64,000 nucleotides of DNA from Convolutriloba macropyga (taxonomy: Eukaryota), in the NCBI RefSeq assembly GCF_964194025.1, contig NC_134476.1, positions 24,924,001 through 24,988,000 of the forward strand, in the 5' to 3' direction. The position numbers and the translations under genes are program-made. The stretch's first letter is position 1, and every line of letters starts with the position of its first letter. Below, one piece after another: positions 61,501 to 64,000 of the stretch. The notes below the pieces were generated by a model. The model saw only the letters and a program-made list of their open reading frames with translations, made no database searches and had not been told where the DNA came from.

Positions 61501-62515
61501 AGCTTTACTTTGGAGTGAGAGCAATAGAGATCACTCAAAAATGAAGAGCAAAAGCGTGAAAAGTCACCTGAGAAGTCAAAGAATGTTCCAGAAGAAAAGC
61601 GCAAAAACGGTCAACTGAAAAATTTGCATAAGACCAACCCGTTTACAATCATTGCTGAACTTCGTTTAAGAGCAATTAAAAAGAGCTACTGACAATAACC
61701 ACGAATACCGCAATACAGCTCCACTCAGCTGACAGCTTCGCAGCTATAAAACAATGTGATCCCCAGTTTCCTATTAATTAATCATAATTGAGAACACGGC
61801 GCATTTGTTTCTTACAGTGGTTTAAATGGGAGTCGAGTTGATAAAATCATAAATGTTAAAAGACGCCAATCTGTGTGGAGCAGCGGCGAAGAAGAAACAT
61901 TGATCAGGCAGATAGTGCATTAAAAAACTGAACTCGATTATTAGCCAAACCTTTCTCGAGTAAACAATGAAGATTCTGTTCCCCTTCGTTCAAAACCAAG
62001 CAGGAGTTACACGGTGCTGCAATCACTTTCCACCTATTGATATTGAAATAAGTCAAATTCTTTTCAACAATGCCCGTGATAAGACCCGCCAGAGTCCTCT
62101 GAATAACACTCGTAATCCCTAACTGACTTCGTCTCCCTGATTATGTTTACCATTAATTTGTGTGAACGAACTAACGCTAGTTTTTGTCCGAAAACCGCAG
62201 TCCGGCTATCGAGGCCAAGCCGCGACCAGCGCCCATTGGCCCGCCAAGGACAATTTAGAATATGGGTATAATAAGTCACTTGACCTCATTTTCCAAGTTC
62301 AGCTTGCTTGCCTATCGGCTTACTTGACCGTCAGCTTTCAATTTACATAAACCATTATAAAGGCGTGATATGTCAATAATTTATGCTCGTATTTTAGGTA
62401 AGGGCAGGATTTAATTCCCATTATAAATGGGGAAGCATTCATATTTTCATATTAAGCTCATAAACGTATCGTTAGTAAATTTCTCCTCAGTTCAAGCAAC
62501 TGCTAAACCACTCAC

Positions 62516-62711
62516 CAAAGCAGTCCTTGACGAGTATGTTGCTGCATCCTTCTGTGAGGTTGCGTTGGAGATTGTAGTCCTGTAGGATCTTCACCAGGGA
62601 GTCCCTCAGACCAGGGATCTCCAGACCCAACTTAATCTTCTGGATTATTTTGATTGGGTCCACATGTGTGCCAATGTTATTCAGCAGGCCTGATATGTAT
62701 TTGGGGTTGTC
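62516..62711 (-). CDS. VPS41: VPS41 (HOPS subunit) internal exon
   Basis: Acceptor ccatttag| and donor |GTGAGT. Translates DNPKYISGLLNNIGTHVDPIKIIQKIKLGLEIPGLRDSLVKILQDYNLQRNLTEGCSNILVKDCF, which closely matches metazoan VPS41 (GLLNNIGTHVDP...EIP.LRDSLVKILQDYNLQ..L.EGC..ILV.D). Ends in phase 1. Confidence 0.95.
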
Positions 62712-64000
62712 CTAAATGGCATTAATTTTACAAATTTTGTTTAAGAGACACGTTACTGCATTATTTCTAGACTTGAATGCTTGCGGATCTCTTCACGTCC
62801 ATATTACAATTTCCGCCAACTCATAGAGATTGAAATTGGGTCAACTAAGAACCGCCCTTCACACCATAAGTATAAATCTCCAAAACAGTTTGTGAATCGC
62901 ATACTTGGAGACTAGTGAGCTGAAAGGCTCTAAGAGCACTTAATGCCCGCTGGGCGCTACCTGTTTATCCCGTTTTTGAGGACGCAAAGTCAAATGGGTA
63001 AGACAAAAAATAGGTCAAGCGAAAAATCACATTAAAAAAGACCGACAGGACTAATATAATTGCAACAAACTTCGTTTGAGAGCAATTAAAAATGTATCTC
63101 TCGCCTCTCAAAATTGCAGTTATTACGCCCAAACTCAACCGGGCGCGAGCAATCTTTCGTGTTTTCAAAAAAAATCAGTTGTTTCATATTGAAACCTGTA
63201 GTATTAGAGAAACCAATACAGCATTAGAAGACGGGTTCTGCCTTTTAATAACAACGCGAAATGACAAAGTCTAAGAAAACAGCAAAAAACATAGCTGGCA
63301 GATTGCCAGAAAATAGCCGCAATAGATTCGTAGATCGGCAGTCTAAAAAAACAGTAAATAAGACAGACCAAAAAAATTTGTCTTTTCATTGAAGGCCGAT
63401 ATGTTACATTTTGGTTAAAAATCTGTATAAGTTATTGCTGCCTCTATTACCTCCTCCCAAATAACCTTCATTTAGAGTGACACACACCCATTTGACCTTA
63501 TCTTTTTGAATTAAAGTAAATAAAAGTCAATTTCAAACTGAGGAGGTCATTTTTGAGAGTGAGGTAAGTCAAGTGTGACCAAAAATTTAATCACGCGAAT
63601 GAACAAAAAACTCGCTCCACTAAGAGCCAAAAATGACGTCACGCATGCAATTCAGTTGAAATTGCATGAACGAATGAACAAAAAGTGGCTGTGACGTCAT
63701 ATGATCGTAACAAAAATCATGACGACGAAATAAAAAACATAGCCGGAAGAATTCCGGAAGCGACTCGAAGCGTCAAAATTTCACTAACAAAACCGTAATT
63801 GCAACGGAAGCCACTAGCTTTTGTACTAAACCAGAAACTCACTACTTCTCCAGGTCTGCTCTAAAAATTGAAATCATTTTTAACAAATGAAAAAATCAAT
63901 ATACCGAAAAGAAATGTAGGTGCCAGGACAAAGCTGGAATGATACCAACTAGAAGGTGAAGAATATGGGCACAATGTAAGGAACACCGTAACAAAGACAT

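Noticed and set aside
62064-62350. GC-richer segment with short ORFs next to the VPS41 exon
   Set aside because: The flanking VPS41 exons already join in phase with contiguous homology, so no extra exon is needed, and no motif was recognised.

Overview
AT-rich, repeat-dense eukaryotic (animal-like) genomic DNA with a nested layout. The backbone is the 3' part of a minus-strand VPS41 gene: exons at 62711-62516, 34266-34063 and 15477-15188 splice in phase and end in a RING-H2 finger. The 18.6-kb intron holds a 13.2-kb Ty3/gypsy LTR element (20390-33628, minus; 564-bp LTRs about 99% identical, TA...TA termini, ATGGT target-site duplication). It encodes gag, pol and a class I fusion env. It also carries two unusual accessory modules: a TARG1/OARD1-type macrodomain fused to the integrase C-terminus, and a spliced antisense gene encoding an integrase-type H2C2 zinc finger followed by an OTU-like cysteine protease motif. 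The 28-kb intron holds an intact, opposite-strand, 5-exon divergent actin-like gene (37056-58506, 352 aa) that begins with a signal-peptide-like leader. That gene's first intron is mostly a compound array of 1.4-kb and 2.2-kb tandem units, with a small palindromic MITE in the last unit. A decayed LINE (PHD-EN-RT-CCHC, about 5485-8860, minus) and several co-oriented dispersed repeats, some tRNA-like, fill the rest. All homology calls were made by eye; no searches were run.
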